Assembly (NCBI GenBank): GCA_026025075.1
Contig: JAPEUI010000033.1
Coordinates: 1 to 64,000 of the forward strand
Length of the DNA stretch: 64,000 nt
Direction: 5' to 3'
From: Vezdaea acicularis
Lineage: Eukaryota
Both the position numbers and the translations under genes were made by a program. Positions 39,795-53,024 of the stretch are shown one piece after another. Position 1 is the first letter of the stretch; each line of letters starts with the position of its first letter. The notes below the pieces were generated by a model. The model was given only the letters and a program-made list of their open reading frames with translations, made no database searches and was not told the DNA's origin.

Positions 39795-42084
39795 GGATGC
39801 AAGCGTGACGGACGGGGGTGGACGATGCGTGGAGACTTTGAATTCCAGCTGAACCTTTCTTTTTCCCTTCATCTCCCTGTATTATCTATCTAGGCGGCTT
39901 TTCGAACGGGCTTGGGCTTTGGCTTTCCTTTTCTTTCCTCCCCCACTCGACCAGCCGCTTCATCCCCACCAGCGTTCTTTTTTTCTCTCATTCACCTGGG
40001 GGGGAAGGGCTTTTTCTTTCTTTCTTTTGGTTTTTTCTGACCGGTTATCCCCTTTCTTGAGAGCGATGGGCACGGGGTTCGGTGAGCAAGAGTGTGCATA
40101 GCGAATCCTAGCGATCCCTTTGTTTTTTGTCGTTTTGTCTTTCTGGTTCTGTTCTGCACTGACTGATGTCTTTTTTTTCACGTGGCATGGATGGCTCTCT
40201 ACGTAGCTCGATGGTATCATAAATATTAAAAGTTTGATCACTTAGACGTCGATCCCACTTTCCCCCCCTCCCTCCCTTTCGCTACCGCATCGTGTTTAAA
40301 CGGTGATGTCCTGCGTCGTATAAAGTGTTCTATATAGTAGAGGAACTATGCGTCTACCTTCCCCCCCCCCCTCCCGGCTCGCTCTACGCGGTGATTACTT
40401 AGGACCAACACCCCCTTGTCCGTGGCGTTTTGTCGCCTTTCTCCTGCGAGGGGTGCTGCAGATGCGTTTCATTCCACCACTACCATCCTGCGCACGAAGA
40501 TGGCGGAGGAGGGGGGTGATCATGGTGGTTAGGACATCCTTCGAGAAGGCATGGGAGGATGAGCGGGTTTATTCTCGGTCTCGGGTTCGGGGCTTGGGGT
40601 AGCTTAGTGTAATAATGTGATGATAGTTGTTTCGAGGGGAACTATATATACATAAAGCATCTCGCGCTCTAGTTATTGGGGGGTGAGTTCGGCGGACTGG
40701 AATGGACTCGCTACTGTGGGAGTAGGCGAAAGGGCAACGCGGCCGTTTTTTTTCTGCAGGTTAAGCTGGTTCGGTTGTTTAGGGACCCTGCAAGTCTGTG
40801 TCAGGTCTGGAACAGCCGAAGCATGGGCTTTTGTTCTCGCTCGTGCTCGCTCTGTGGTTCCTCTCATGCCTGATTGAGGGATGGAGTTGTGAGTTGAGGA
40901 GCTTAGAGAGTTGTCTCGAACGACGTACTGAGCTTATGGAGTGCTCGTGGATGAGCATGAGGGGGACAGCCCTATCGCCATTCACACGCCGGAGAGTGGT
41001 AGGAGCGCGGTGCAGGACGGAGACGGAGGCGTCCTGCGTATAGCCAGGAAGAATGCGGTGGTGGAGCCGTAGTGGACCCTCTCCAGGCATCCCATCTGCG
41101 TGTTCTCCCTCTCTTTTGGCTGCTGGCCGTTTTGACGACTTGGTCTCCGTTTGCTCTCGTTCCTTGCCATCTCGGGCCTCAAACATCATCTTCGTCTTCG
41201 TCTTTCCTCTCATTCGCTAACTTCCGTCTCTCCCTCAACGCCCAATCACCATCTTTCCAGCATACCCGAACGCTCACACACTGCGACAAGAGAGTGATCG
41301 GCAGGACCTCCCTCCTGTAAGCGATCGGGGCGTCTCAGACCGCACCACGACCGGGATCAAGTCAAGCGACGTAACTAAACTGCTTCAGCTGCGTGGGCCA
41401 TTGAGCCGGAGCAGCACGACCATTGCCCGAAAGCAGCGCGACGCAACGCATCAACGACCTCGTCCGTAGCCCAGAAAGAGCACATGCTGCTACTGCCAGC
41501 GCACCGTTTGCCCGACTCCTGTGGTTGTTGTTGGTAACAGCTCGTTTGGGTACGCCGACGCCGCAACTTCGTTCTTCCGTGCGAGATCCTCACGGCGGTT
41601 TTTTGCGGCCGCAAGAGCTCAGCAGAGGATCCCATGATAAAGACGCCGACCAAGTTGCGCCCTTTTCGTCCGGCCCTCTCCCCCGTGCACCGACCATCGC
41701 GACGACCGAACGACATCGAAGGAGTGGCGAAGGCGCTCGGACGCCGACCGTCGACGACGGGACAATCTCTGCACTGGCCGTAGGGTCATCACCAGTCACA
41801 CCGACATCGCATCGCCGCGAAGCTACCTCGTACCCTTAGCACCATCAATATTCCCGGATACCACTCCAGCCTAGCAAGTATCGCGCCATGAATCCATAGC
41901 AACACAGATTCTGGCGTCCCGCATATCATTCTGGTGCGAGAGGAGGCTCGCTGCTGTATTTGTGCTCGGAAAGGTGGGGTCGAGCGGTTGAGTGATATTG
42001 GATCACGGAGAGCAGGGCTCACCACAACCAAGAAATCAGAGCAATCAAGAGCTTACGCAACACAGTCCTTCTCAGAATCCCAAC

Positions 42085-45000
42085 ATGCGGCGACATCATA
42101 GAGGTGGTGGGGGACCGACGGCTCATGCCACCAGGGCGAACGGCACACCTGTCCCCGACACATTGTCTCTCATCCGGACGTTCGATTCAGAGACGAACCC
42201 ATCCAAACCCATACGACCATCACCTCTGACGGCTTCGCCGATCCAAGGGATGCCGCTGGACCTGCTTGATCGTATACGTTCTTTCCCCCTCTTCCTCAGC
42301 GCGCCGGATTCGTTCCTGGTCGCCATCGGTTCGCAGCTTCGCCCGCAGCTGCACCTGCCGCACGACTACATCATTACGGAAGGCGATGAGGCAAAGGCGA
42401 TGTATTGGTTGGTCAGAGGGTCTGTGGCGGTGACGTCTAGGGACGGCGAGTCGACATATGTGGAGTTGAAGCCTGGCGCTTTCTTTGGGGAGATTGGTAT
42501 TCTGATGGGGATACCCCGAACGGCGACCATCGTTGCGCGGAGTAGGGTTCTTCTCTTTGTGCTCAAGAAGGAGGACCTTCAGAAGGAACTACCCAAATTC
42601 CCAGAGGTCGAGCGGACGATTCGAGAAGAGGCCCAAGAACGACTCACGATTCTGAACAAGAAGAAAAAGGAAAGTGGATATGCAAAGACGGTCGGGACAT
42701 CGCAGCTTCCTACGAGAGGAGGGAAGAGATCGCGAGAGACCAACGGCGATGTTGCAATGCCAGAGAATATCCCGGAGGGCGAAGTCAGCGCGTTCAAGAA
42801 GCGGAAATCACCTAGTCCGCGTCTCACAGAGAGCCAGCCGTCGTCTAGCGCGTTGGCAAACGGCATGGTGAATGTGCGCCAGACTCTTCGAGAGCTTCCA
42901 CTCTTCTCTTCTCTACCAGCAAACATCCTCCATTTCCTAGGTCTCTCCGCTCAACCGCGTTCATATCCTCCTTTCACGAACATCATCACGCAAGGGTCTC
43001 AGGGCAGGGAAGTCTTCTTCATCATTCGTGGCGAAGTAGAGGTCGTAGACGAAAGGCCTGGCTCCTACGATAAAAGCGGAAAGGGGCGGACCAACGGCAT
43101 CTCCACGCCGCCAACGTCACGTATCAAGGCGCGCTTAAAACCAGGGCAATATTTTGGGGAGGTGGCGTCCTTGTCGCTGGCCCCTCGGCGGACAGCAACG
43201 GTGCGATCCGTCCAATCAGTCGAGTGTCTGATGATTACTGGTGAGGTACTGAATGAGTTTTGGAGGCGCTGTCCACCATCCATTCGAGAACAAGTCGAAC
43301 AAACGGCAAAGACACGTTTAGAGCCGTCGATACAGGATGTAGACATGTCGGATGCCCCGGGGGTAACACCTACCGCCCTTTCGAAGCTCGAGATTGCAGA
43401 CCGCGGTTCGCGATCGCCCCGAAAGAATGGTGACACCGTGCCTACGGTTACCTTCTCGCAACAACCGTCTTCTCCAAGAAAGGAGCAGAGGTCTCCAGTC
43501 ATCGGCCCCTCCGACCCCGACCCGTTCCTCAACGTCGACCTTGACAGCCTCCGCGCGCGCTCCCGCAGGGGTTCCCTCGCCCCTCCTCCCCCAGACGGCT
43601 CAGAACAATCCGCCTCCTCTTCCTCCCCCTCAAAGCGCCAGACACGCTCCTCCACCACATCCCCCACAAAAGCCAAGCCCAAACACGTCAGCACACCCCC
43701 CGACTCGCATACAACCCCCAAACGCCTACGCACCACCCTCCAACGGCGCCCCTCCCAGTTCAGCAAAGGCCTCCTTCCCGACCCCATTCTCCTCCGCATC
43801 TTCCAAAACCTCGACATCTACCAACTGATACGACTTCGGATTGTCTCTCTGCACTGGCGACACCTGTTATGCACCTCTCCTCTCCTCCTCCAAACCCTCG
43901 ATCTGACCCCCTACAACCGCCACATCACCGACGCCGTCCTCCTCGGCACCATCCTCCCCTTTCTCGGCACCCGCAAGCCTTCCGTCGTCGACATTTCAAA
44001 CTGCTTCCACCTCACGGACCCCTCCTTCTCCGCGCTCGCCGCCGCCTGCGCCCCCACGACGAAAGTATGGCGCATGAAATCGGTCTGGGACGTCTCCGCG
44101 CCCGCCGTGCTCGAGATGGCGAACCGCGCCCGCGGCCTCGAGGAGGTCGACCTCAGCAACTGCCGCAAGGTCAGCGACAATCTGCTCGCGCGCGTCGTCG
44201 GCTGGGTCGTGCAGGACCCACTCACCGGCTCCGCGCACGCCAGGAGCAGTAGCAACAGCAGTAGCAACAGTGGTGGTTCCAGCAACGCGCAGCAGCAGTA
44301 CAACACACGCTCCCACAGCGCCAAGACCAGCTCCTCCTCGTCCTCTTCCAATCTATCCCCCACCACCTCCTCCGCCCCCGTGAACCCGCACCTCCCCGTC
44401 CCTGGCACTGTCATCGGCTGCCCCGCCCTCAAGACGCTGACGCTGAGCTACTGCAAGCACGTCACCGACCGCTCGATGGCGCACCTCGCCGTGCACGCCT
44501 GCGCCCGCCTCGAGAGCGTCGATCTCACCCGCTGCACCACCATCACCGACCAGGGTTTCCAGCATTGGGGCATGTACAACTTTGCGCGCCTGCGCCGGCT
44601 GGTTCTGGCGGACTGCACCTACCTCACCGATAACGCCGTCGTGTATCTCTGTAATGCCGCCAAGGGGCTTCGCGTGCTTGATCTGGTATGTTATCTCCCC
44701 CCCTCTCCCTTTCTCTCTTCTCCCCCGGGAGGGAGTCCCTCCTTTTTTTTCTGGGTCTCGGGAACACCCCACTAACCTCCCTTCGCCACCTCCAGTCCTT
44801 CTGCTGCGCCCTCTCCGACACCTCGACCGAAGTCCTCTCCCTCGGCCTCCCGCACCTCACCTCCCTCAACCTCGCCTTCTGCGGCTCCGCCGTCTCCGAC
44901 TCCTCCCTCCGCAGCATCGGCCTGCACCTCCTCGACCTCTCCTTCCTCTCCGTCCGCGGCTGCGTCCGCGTCACCGGCGTCGGCGTCGATGCCGTGCTCG

Positions 45001-45227
45001 ATGGCTGTAGGGCCCTGAAGTGGTTCGATGTTAGTCAGTGTAAGAATCTGACACCTTGGGTTGAGGCGGGGGGCGTGGAAAGGTGGGGAAGGCTTGCGGA
45101 GAGGGGAGAGAGGAGGGATGGTCTGGATTGGGAGGGGGAGGTGGAGGGGGATGGGTGGGGGAGGAGAAGGAGTTTGGGGGTTGCGCGACTGGAGGTCGTG
45201 TTTGAGGTCGTGGCGGGCGGTGGCTGA
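42085..45227 (+). CDS. Protein with two cyclic-nucleotide-binding domains, an F-box and LRRs
   Basis: LKPGAFFGEIGIL..PRTATI and LKPGQYFGEVASL..RRTATV; F-box LPDPILLRIFQNL; cysteine-containing LRRs (LSYCKHVTD, LTRCTTITD). Intron 44686-44795. Confidence 0.92.
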
Positions 45228-46341
45228 GGAGAGTGAGCCTGGCTTTGTCTGTCCCCCTTCTTTTTTCTTGTTTTTGGGGGGTGCGGAGGGGGGAAACAGG
45301 GGCGTTGGATATTCTTGACTGTAACCCCCTTTGATCATCTACGCGCCATATGAAGACAATTACAATTTTTTTGGCCAGCTAAGGCTTCGATGTATGCGTG
45401 TGTCTATCTATCTATCAACCAACAAAATCACTCTGAGAATGAACGCGGTCACGCAAGGCCGGAGGGGAGTTCGGCTTTTCTTGTTGTTATCTGTCTGGGA
45501 TACTCTCGGTAGCGGGGTTAGCAAATTCCTCGAGAACTCGATGGGGTAGATCGTATCTTTGACCAGTATTTGGCCACAATTTGCAGCGCCGCGCTATCGT
45601 CATTGCGCTTTCACCCCAGCTTTATCACAGACATTGGCCTTTCATCTCCACCTTTCCCCAGCTTTCTCTTCTTTCACCAACCTGTGCATTGTTTCATTAA
45701 GTGCAGCTCCTGCGAAAATTATTGTCATGCCCTCGTCATTGCAGTTATCAGGGATCTTGAACGAATCCTTCCAAACACAACCAGCCGCGTGGAAGAAACT
45801 AGGCCAAGTCGCGAAAGAGGACTCGCTCTCGGGACGTGGATGAGGTACGAAGGTTTACTAGGTCACCGGGACTTGACGCCTATATGGTCTGCCAATTAAT
45901 ACTCGGCAAAACATATCACCGTAAGACACAATAGCCCAAAGCGCAAGCTTAGGTATTCGGGTTCTGGTTAAGCATCAACTCAACGGGACGCAATCTGATC
46001 CTGGCGGGGGTGGTCGGGGTTTAGCTGCCGCGCGATTCCATCCGTGTCCTTGCAACGCCCCATCCGTGCGATCCCTAGCAATCTCACGCACAGCACCGAG
46101 CCGCTCACATTACCCGGAGCTGTTTCAACCCCAAAGTTTATCCTGTCACTATCTCTCCTTATCCATCATGGATAAGTCTTCTGTATTTCCGTTCTTTTTC
46201 CTTGGGTTATCCTTTCTTCTCTTAGGCACCGGCGGTCTACCAATCAGTCTCTCCTTTTGCAGCTAGGTCTGCGTTCATTCTTTTGATATCAAATTGGGCC
46301 ATATCTTTCTTCTTGTCGTATATTCGCTACATCAAAAAGCA

Positions 46342-47871
46342 ATGCTTTCTTCGAAGCTACTGCTGCTTCTAGCAATTGCTTTGACCTCGGCCTCCGCGCA
46401 GCCGATTGATGCGTTCTGCGAGGTGATCTATGTCCTCCCTGATGGTGGACAATTGGGCGATAATCCGGTTCCTACATCATCTGACCTTACTGCCGCTGCG
46501 GCAGCTGCTACCCCGTCTGGCACTTCTGCGGCAGAAAGCTCTCCGACTGATGGTGGACAGTACGGCGATACCCCGACTGCTGCGTCGTCTGACGTTGCAG
46601 CCGCTGCGGTAGCTGCCACTTCGTCGAGCACTTCTGCAGCGGGTAGCGCTCCAACTGATGCCGTTGTGCCTGGAAATGGCACCAGCAGTATAACTTCCGC
46701 GGCTACTCCCAGTGCCGGTGCTGGCGTCGTTTCCCCTGTGCTCACGAATGGTACACTTCTACAAGCACCTCAACCTACAAACCCTGTGCCTAGCAATGCA
46801 GCAATCTACGTGTCTCCGTACGGCTCTCAATTCAACTTGACGGACTTCCATGTTTGGATTACTGAGCAACGAAAGAACAACCAACCCTCAAAGTGGCTAA
46901 AGGTTACGCCAGGCGAGTACACTTATCTTGTCGTTGACCCAGGCGATAATGGCCACACAAACATCGCTTTCGGATTCTATACCGGCGGCTGGACGCTCGA
47001 CTTACGTGGATGTACCTTTACCTACTCTCTAGCTTACGACAACTATCAAGCCATATACATCAACCAGTCCGAAGATCTTACCATTCTTGGCGGCACCTTT
47101 TGGATCGATCCTGGTGAGATATGGTCGCAAGCACGTGTCATCTCTATGGAGCCCGTCTCGCCTGGTGCCGACGACCAGAACGTTGTTCTCCAGGTTGAGC
47201 AAGGCTACAATGTCAGTATCTGGGAGACCGCCAGTGCCCGGAATCTGTGGGCTATCGACGATAGTAATCCAAACCACTACACAAGGCCTGCTTGCAACTT
47301 CTGGTATATGCATTTCCCAATTACTGTCAGCCCCGATGGAACTATCAAAGCCGTGATGGGTTTGGATAGAGGCCATCTGAAGGTGGGCTACGTCCTCTCT
47401 ATACAGTTGATCAACAACGTCGGCACTACCGTCGCCTCCGAATACAATGGCGGCCTCACTATCGATGGCATGACTACGAACGGGTAAGTTCCTGCGCAAC
47501 TCTAATTGTATGAGCGTATTTCTATGGGTGCCTAACACATCTGCTCAATTGTAGGGCCTTTGCTCAGTACGGTCTTGGTGGCACAGGCAAGACTACCGCA
47601 ACCTGGAAGAACCTGCTTATCACCAACATGGCCCCTCGCGCTGGGTTCGCGCCACGCGTCAATGGTCCGACACTCAGCTGGGGTAACGTCAACTCCATGA
47701 ACTTCAACGCTGATGGCGATCCACCCGTCAATATGATAAACTCCTTTTGGCAGGTAATTGACTCAACGCATCACGTTGAAATGGAGGATTGCTGACACTT
47801 AGCAGTACACTGGCTGTACCAAGGACCTTAGAGATTTCAACGACCCACAGCTTCCCCCAGGCGGGACGTAG
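46342..47871 (+). CDS. Secreted protein with Ser/Thr/Ala-rich linker and probable beta-helix-like domain; paralogue of 6815-8175
   Basis: Signal peptide MLSSKLLLLLAIALTSASA. Introns 47484-47554 and 47754-47805 restore collinearity with the paralogue. Confidence 0.87.
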
Positions 47872-49157
47872 GCTTACCAACCTAACTGGCGAACAAATGC
47901 CGATGTGGACGTGGACGTTTGATCCTTGCGACCGATCGAAGGATGATTGCCATATATAGGCCTTCCATATACCTAGAGCGTGTGTGCATATCTCTTCAAT
48001 GTGCCCTGGGGGCCGCCATGTATTTCTTTTGGACAAAGATACATATGATCTGAGCTTTTAGCCCGAGCGGCATTCTTCTAGACCATAAATTTCGAAATGT
48101 TCACATTGAATCTCTGAACATGTGCATTTTTCATGACCAGGATGAGTTAACAAGATGTGATGGACCCCACAGTCAGAAAGTTCTGGTAGATGGTAAGCGC
48201 CCTGCGCGTATGTTTGCCCCTGTCGCCAGATGTGGCAAAGCAAGGTGGCTCGTGAATTTAAGTTTAAATTGACTTTAGCGGGGATTTGCGATTTTCCCTC
48301 ACTCCTCTTGAAGTTTGCCCACGCATAGACCTAAGCTGGCTTTGTTATGATTCTCCGGCTTTCCCGGCTGACAGATGCATCCAATGCTTCTACCGCGATC
48401 GCCTGCGTCCGCGTCAATGGATGTGGGATAAAGGCATGCGGGCAGCTACAGTAGCACGAGCATTAGGTGCGCCGCCACGAAAAGCGCCGTCTACAGTTCG
48501 CAGATGGGCAAGTTTGGCGATAAAACTCACAGATGAAAGCATCATTGGTGCAGGACACAAAAGTGCGGCGGTCTCAGCTGAACAAAAAGGGTTCTTGTCT
48601 TCAGGGGAGGGTGTTGATGTTGGCTGTCGCGCTCGCCCCCGTTGTTAGCGATCTTTCTTCCTGACCAATCACGGCGCTCCCCGTTCTCCTGCGTGCATTC
48701 TCGCCGACTCGAGCGGGCTTCCGTACCTGCCTTTCGCGTGCGCCAACCCCGTAGAGCCGACCACCACTTCGAGCTGATCCCTAAAATCTTCTCTGGACTT
48801 GTGCGCGCCTCGAGCCAACCCCTCTTGAATATCGTGACATTCTTGGTCGCACCCTCCTTCACTTCATACAATAGAATCCTTTACCTTATCGATGTTGTGT
48901 GCCCTCACTTTCCTCAAACAGTCTCTGCCCGGTTTTTGCGAAGCTGCTGGTCTGTTGTGTAGATAGCTGAACCTTCAAACAAGCGTTCGACGTTTCACCC
49001 GACAAGGAGACGTTGCCGCATGTCAGCCACATCGCAAAGCACCGCCATCGCCCTCTTGATCACTCCCTTCTTTGTCGCCGACATCCAACACGCACGGGCC
49101 TGAGGTAGCTTTAGCTTCCGCTCATCGCTGAGGCTTTGAGTAGAACAGGTCTACATT

Positions 49158-52051
49158 ATGAATGGTCGAGCTGGTCCACTGTCACCAATCTCTCCCGAGG
49201 GAAGCGAATGGTCGGGCATCTCGAGGTATCAATCCATTGACAATACCTCGCCATACTCGCCGGCAGTGCCACCAAACCGCGGCCTGGCAACGCCACCTAT
49301 CTCGAGTGGTTCAACAAACGGGACAATGAACGGAGGCATGCCCAACGGAGTGGGCCGAAGTCCTAATGATAGTCCTGGAAACCCCTCACCTCCAAGCTCC
49401 ATCGCCCGATCTAGTATGGGGGTGGGAATGTACCCTCCGAGTGAGAGCGGGAGCCGTAAAGGGAATCTCATGCTCGAGGAGCTACTGCTAGAACACTATA
49501 TTGCGCTCAAGAGGTATCTCGCAAAGTCACTGAGGGAAGAGCAAAACAATCCACGCCCTAATCGAGCGCGAGACAAGCTATTAAGGCTTTCGACAGTCCA
49601 ATTTCAAGAGCTGAGTACGGATGTGTTTGATGAGCTGCTGAGAAGGCAAGCGGGGCAGCGGAGCCAAGGCGCACAGTCTCCAGGTCCACCACCTTACCTA
49701 CTACCTAAGGATAACTTCCATCCAAAACGAAACCAAGCGCGCCAGAAGCTTTCCACTCTTCCCCCACCCCGATTCAGAGACTTGGCAACAGATGTATACT
49801 ATGAACTAGAGAGGAGATATCCGAGATTTATGGGCAACGACATTGAAAGGATGGGAAGTCCTGCTGGTTCTGTTCGTTCAATGGCATTTGGAGGCCCACC
49901 TGGACCGCGGCCAGGATCACGTGGCATGGGTGGACCTCGAGGGCCCGGAGGACCTGGGTTTCAGCACCCTCCGCGACAAGGGAGTCTTGCCATTCCAGGA
50001 GGTAGTCCTGGGAACGAATATGGAAGGCCGCTTCCGAAGACCTTTCAACAGAATACCATCGTTCCGAATAAGAGCACGATGGTAGAAGATGACGACGATC
50101 AAACTGGCCCTGATGATGATGACGACGGTGACGCCTTTGGATTAGAAGGGGCTGCAAGACAACGACAGAGTAAGCGGAATACAACTCGCACTGATGGCGA
50201 AGCAGAGGTGAGGCACTTGATCTGCCTATATCCGCCCTGACAGAGCTATTACTAATACAATCTTGTGACAGAGAGACAAAAAGATGATCGCTGAACTTCA
50301 GGAGAAGCTCGACGACCTTACAGTTCAAGTGCGGCAGAAAGACCAGAAGTTAGGTGACATGGATGGTATAAAAGCAGATAAGCAGGCATGGTCGAACCTG
50401 AGGGAGGACCTAGAAGGGAAGCTAGCAGAAGCACAACACCTGAACGATTCGTTACAATCAGAGCTAGATAAAGTCCGAGCAAACTATTCAAATATGGAGA
50501 GGGATATGCGCAACCAAGTGGAGCAGGCCCGAAGACAAGGAGGCGGTGGAAGCGAATGGCAGGGTCGATACCAGAACCTACAACAAGAACATGAGGCGCT
50601 CAAAGTTGAGCTAAGCGAACAACAGCATGTAACGGAAGAGGTGAAGAGGGAAGCCTCAGAGTTCTTGAGAGAGATGAAGACAATTTCCGACAGAAGTGAT
50701 CACATATCTCAGAAAGAAGAAGAAATGGTCGGCCAGGTTCACCGTCTTGAGAACGAGGTCAAAGAGTGGAAAGGGCGATATACTCGCGCAAAAACTCAAC
50801 TTCGTCATCTCCGCGCATCATCGATTGGTCTCTCTCTGGAAGGGCAAGGTGCTGGCCATCTTACTAGGAATAATAGCTTCACACGACCTGATGGACTCGT
50901 CAGGGATGTGCACGTCACAAGATTCCAGATCGCCATCGACGAGCTACTCCGGGCTGCACGAAGTAATGAGCCCGCAGCGGCTCTTGACCATATCAAGTCT
51001 GTCGTGGTCAGTGTCAGACAGATCACCCAAGACCTTGGAGATGGAACCACAGAGAATGGTGATGAAGCCCACAGACGGAACAAGATGAAAACTCGCGTTT
51101 CTGCCACTGCAAACAATCTTATTACAGCAGCAAAGAATTTCTCAATCTCACGAGGGCTTTCTCCTATATCGCTTCTAGATGCTGCAGCATCACATCTTAC
51201 TGCGGCCGTCGTTGATCTAATCCGAGTCGTCAAGATCCGGCCTACACCCGAAGATGAACTAGATGATGATGAGAACGAACCGATTCCTTCCAATGAAGGG
51301 CAAATGTACTTTCCAGTTCGCAAAGGCGTTGCAAGTCAAATAAGTCAGGGATCCGTCTATAGCTCCTTGAGCTCGCAGCGAGCTTCTTATGGCCGACCAG
51401 GTAGTAAAGAGCGGTGGAGCACACGCCAATCGGTGTCTCGAGGGGGTCCAAATGGAAAATCTGCACCTACAAACCTGAAAATGGGCTTCGGACCGAGAGA
51501 GCATGATAATGAGATTGAGGAACTCAAGGTAAGAACTTACTCTCTGAACGAACTTCCTGTTAGAACGAAACTCTGACATCCTGCAGATCTACCTCGAAGA
51601 CCAAACTGAGCATCTCGTTCACTCGATCCAAGCACTCGTCGGATCTATCCGGGGCGCTGACGGAATGCCAACTATCCGCGCCCACATCGACGACATCGCC
51701 TCCGTGGTCGGCAAAGTCGTCACATCAACTGAAACCGCCATCAATAACACTGGCAGTTCCTCGCTACGCGATCGAGGCGAGCCGATCACTAGGAAGTTAG
51801 CAGAGTGCCAAGTGAAGCTTATGAATGCCAGTGCCGAAGGAGAGAATATCAGGGATGCGGCAACGATGAAGGATTTCTCGAATAGGCTTCCGCCCCTCGC
51901 GTTCGAGATTGCGAGAGAAACAAAGGTATGCTGAGGCGTGAGAGAGTTGATGTCTGAGCTGGCTTACTGACTCCCTCGATAGGAACTCGTGCAGCGAGTG
52001 GACCAGATCGAGCATTCCGGCCTTGAGGAAGAGAGCGAAAGCTTCCGATAA
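49158..52051 (+). CDS. SPA2: Polarisome scaffold Spa2
   Basis: Two SHD/GIT repeats (ARDKLLRLSTVQFQELSTDVFDELLRR; ARQKLSTLPPPRFRDLATDVYYELERR), a coiled coil, GLSPISLLDAAASHL and LAFEIARETKELV. Three introns. Confidence 0.95.
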
Positions 52052-52912
52052 CCTCGGAAGGAATACAAACGAGTAGCACGAATGAATATCTTACATAATT
52101 CCATAATATAACACTCACGAACACGCACACTTTATACACATCTGGCGACTGGCTCGTCCACCCCTCCTCCACCAAGAACAACGCCCTGCATATACACCAA
52201 TGAAGGAACGATGATGCATCCTTCCCCACCCTTTTCCGGCAACGCAGTACTGTACCGAGCAAGCACACACACACAGCAACGAAGTCAAGAGACAACCTCT
52301 ATCACACGTCTAGCATTTTCTTGGGCAACGCATGCATGCATGGCACAGAGTTTTGAGCGTCTTCTGGTGATCGGGAGAGCGATCGGGAGAGGAATTCTTT
52401 AGCGTCTGCGACCCAACTGGCTCCGATCGCTTTTGCTCGATAGGAGCCCTTTCCTCTTATAGGGTAATATTTGTATCATAGGAATTGAAGTACGGCGATG
52501 ACTTGAGTGATTAGTGGATTGCCTTTGACTATGTGTGAGCTCAGCGTGAAGGGATGCGTATCGTGATACCTTTGCGTGATAGACCCGTCTCGCCCGTACG
52601 AGCATGAACCCAGAGCAGCCGATTATAAGCCTATCACCGCTCCATCTACGACAGATTCAAGACGCTACATACTCCAACTGCATCTGAACTCCCCCCAAGA
52701 CCTTCACCCGCACAGCGCACAAATCCCACCTCTATCCTCGCAACCCTCACCGTTTGCACGGCTCGTAAATAGCCTATGCGAGCCCCATCCAGACTACTCT
52801 GAAAATTCCCCGGGTGGTCATTTCACCAAAGTGAGTTTATACTTTGTATTATGTTGAGAAATGGCAATAAGAAGCCCTTGGTGGTCTAGTTGGTTATGGC
52901 CCTCGGCTGTAA

Positions 52913-52955
52913 TGTGCTCCCTTGCCCCCAGTCTCACTGGGGTGTCTGGATTGGA
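52913..52955 (+). other. Canonical tRNA intron at position 37/38, 43 nt
   Basis: Starts one base 3' of the GTA anticodon; contains the hairpin CCCCAGT-CTC-ACTGGGG. Confidence 0.9.
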
Positions 52956-52970
52956 ACCGAGTGGTCGGCG

Positions 52971-53024
52971 GTGAGTTCTTCTTCGGGTAACTGAAGATGA
53001 TATAGCTTACTGACGATGTTCAAG
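52971..53024 (+). other. Spliceosomal-type intron (54 nt) inside the tRNA T stem, position 52/53
   Basis: 5' GTGAGT, branch site TACTGAC at 53008-53014, 3' AAG. Exact removal restores GGCGG-TTCGATT-CCGCC. Confidence 0.85.

Noticed and set aside
45559..45899. Cys-containing short ORFs or a pseudogene fragment
   Set aside because: No recognisable family, non-ATG starts, and stops in the best-looking frame.
52971..53024. Reading the second tRNA insert as a long variable arm
   Set aside because: It lies inside the T stem, after a complete 5-nt variable loop, and eukaryotic tRNA-Tyr has a short variable arm.
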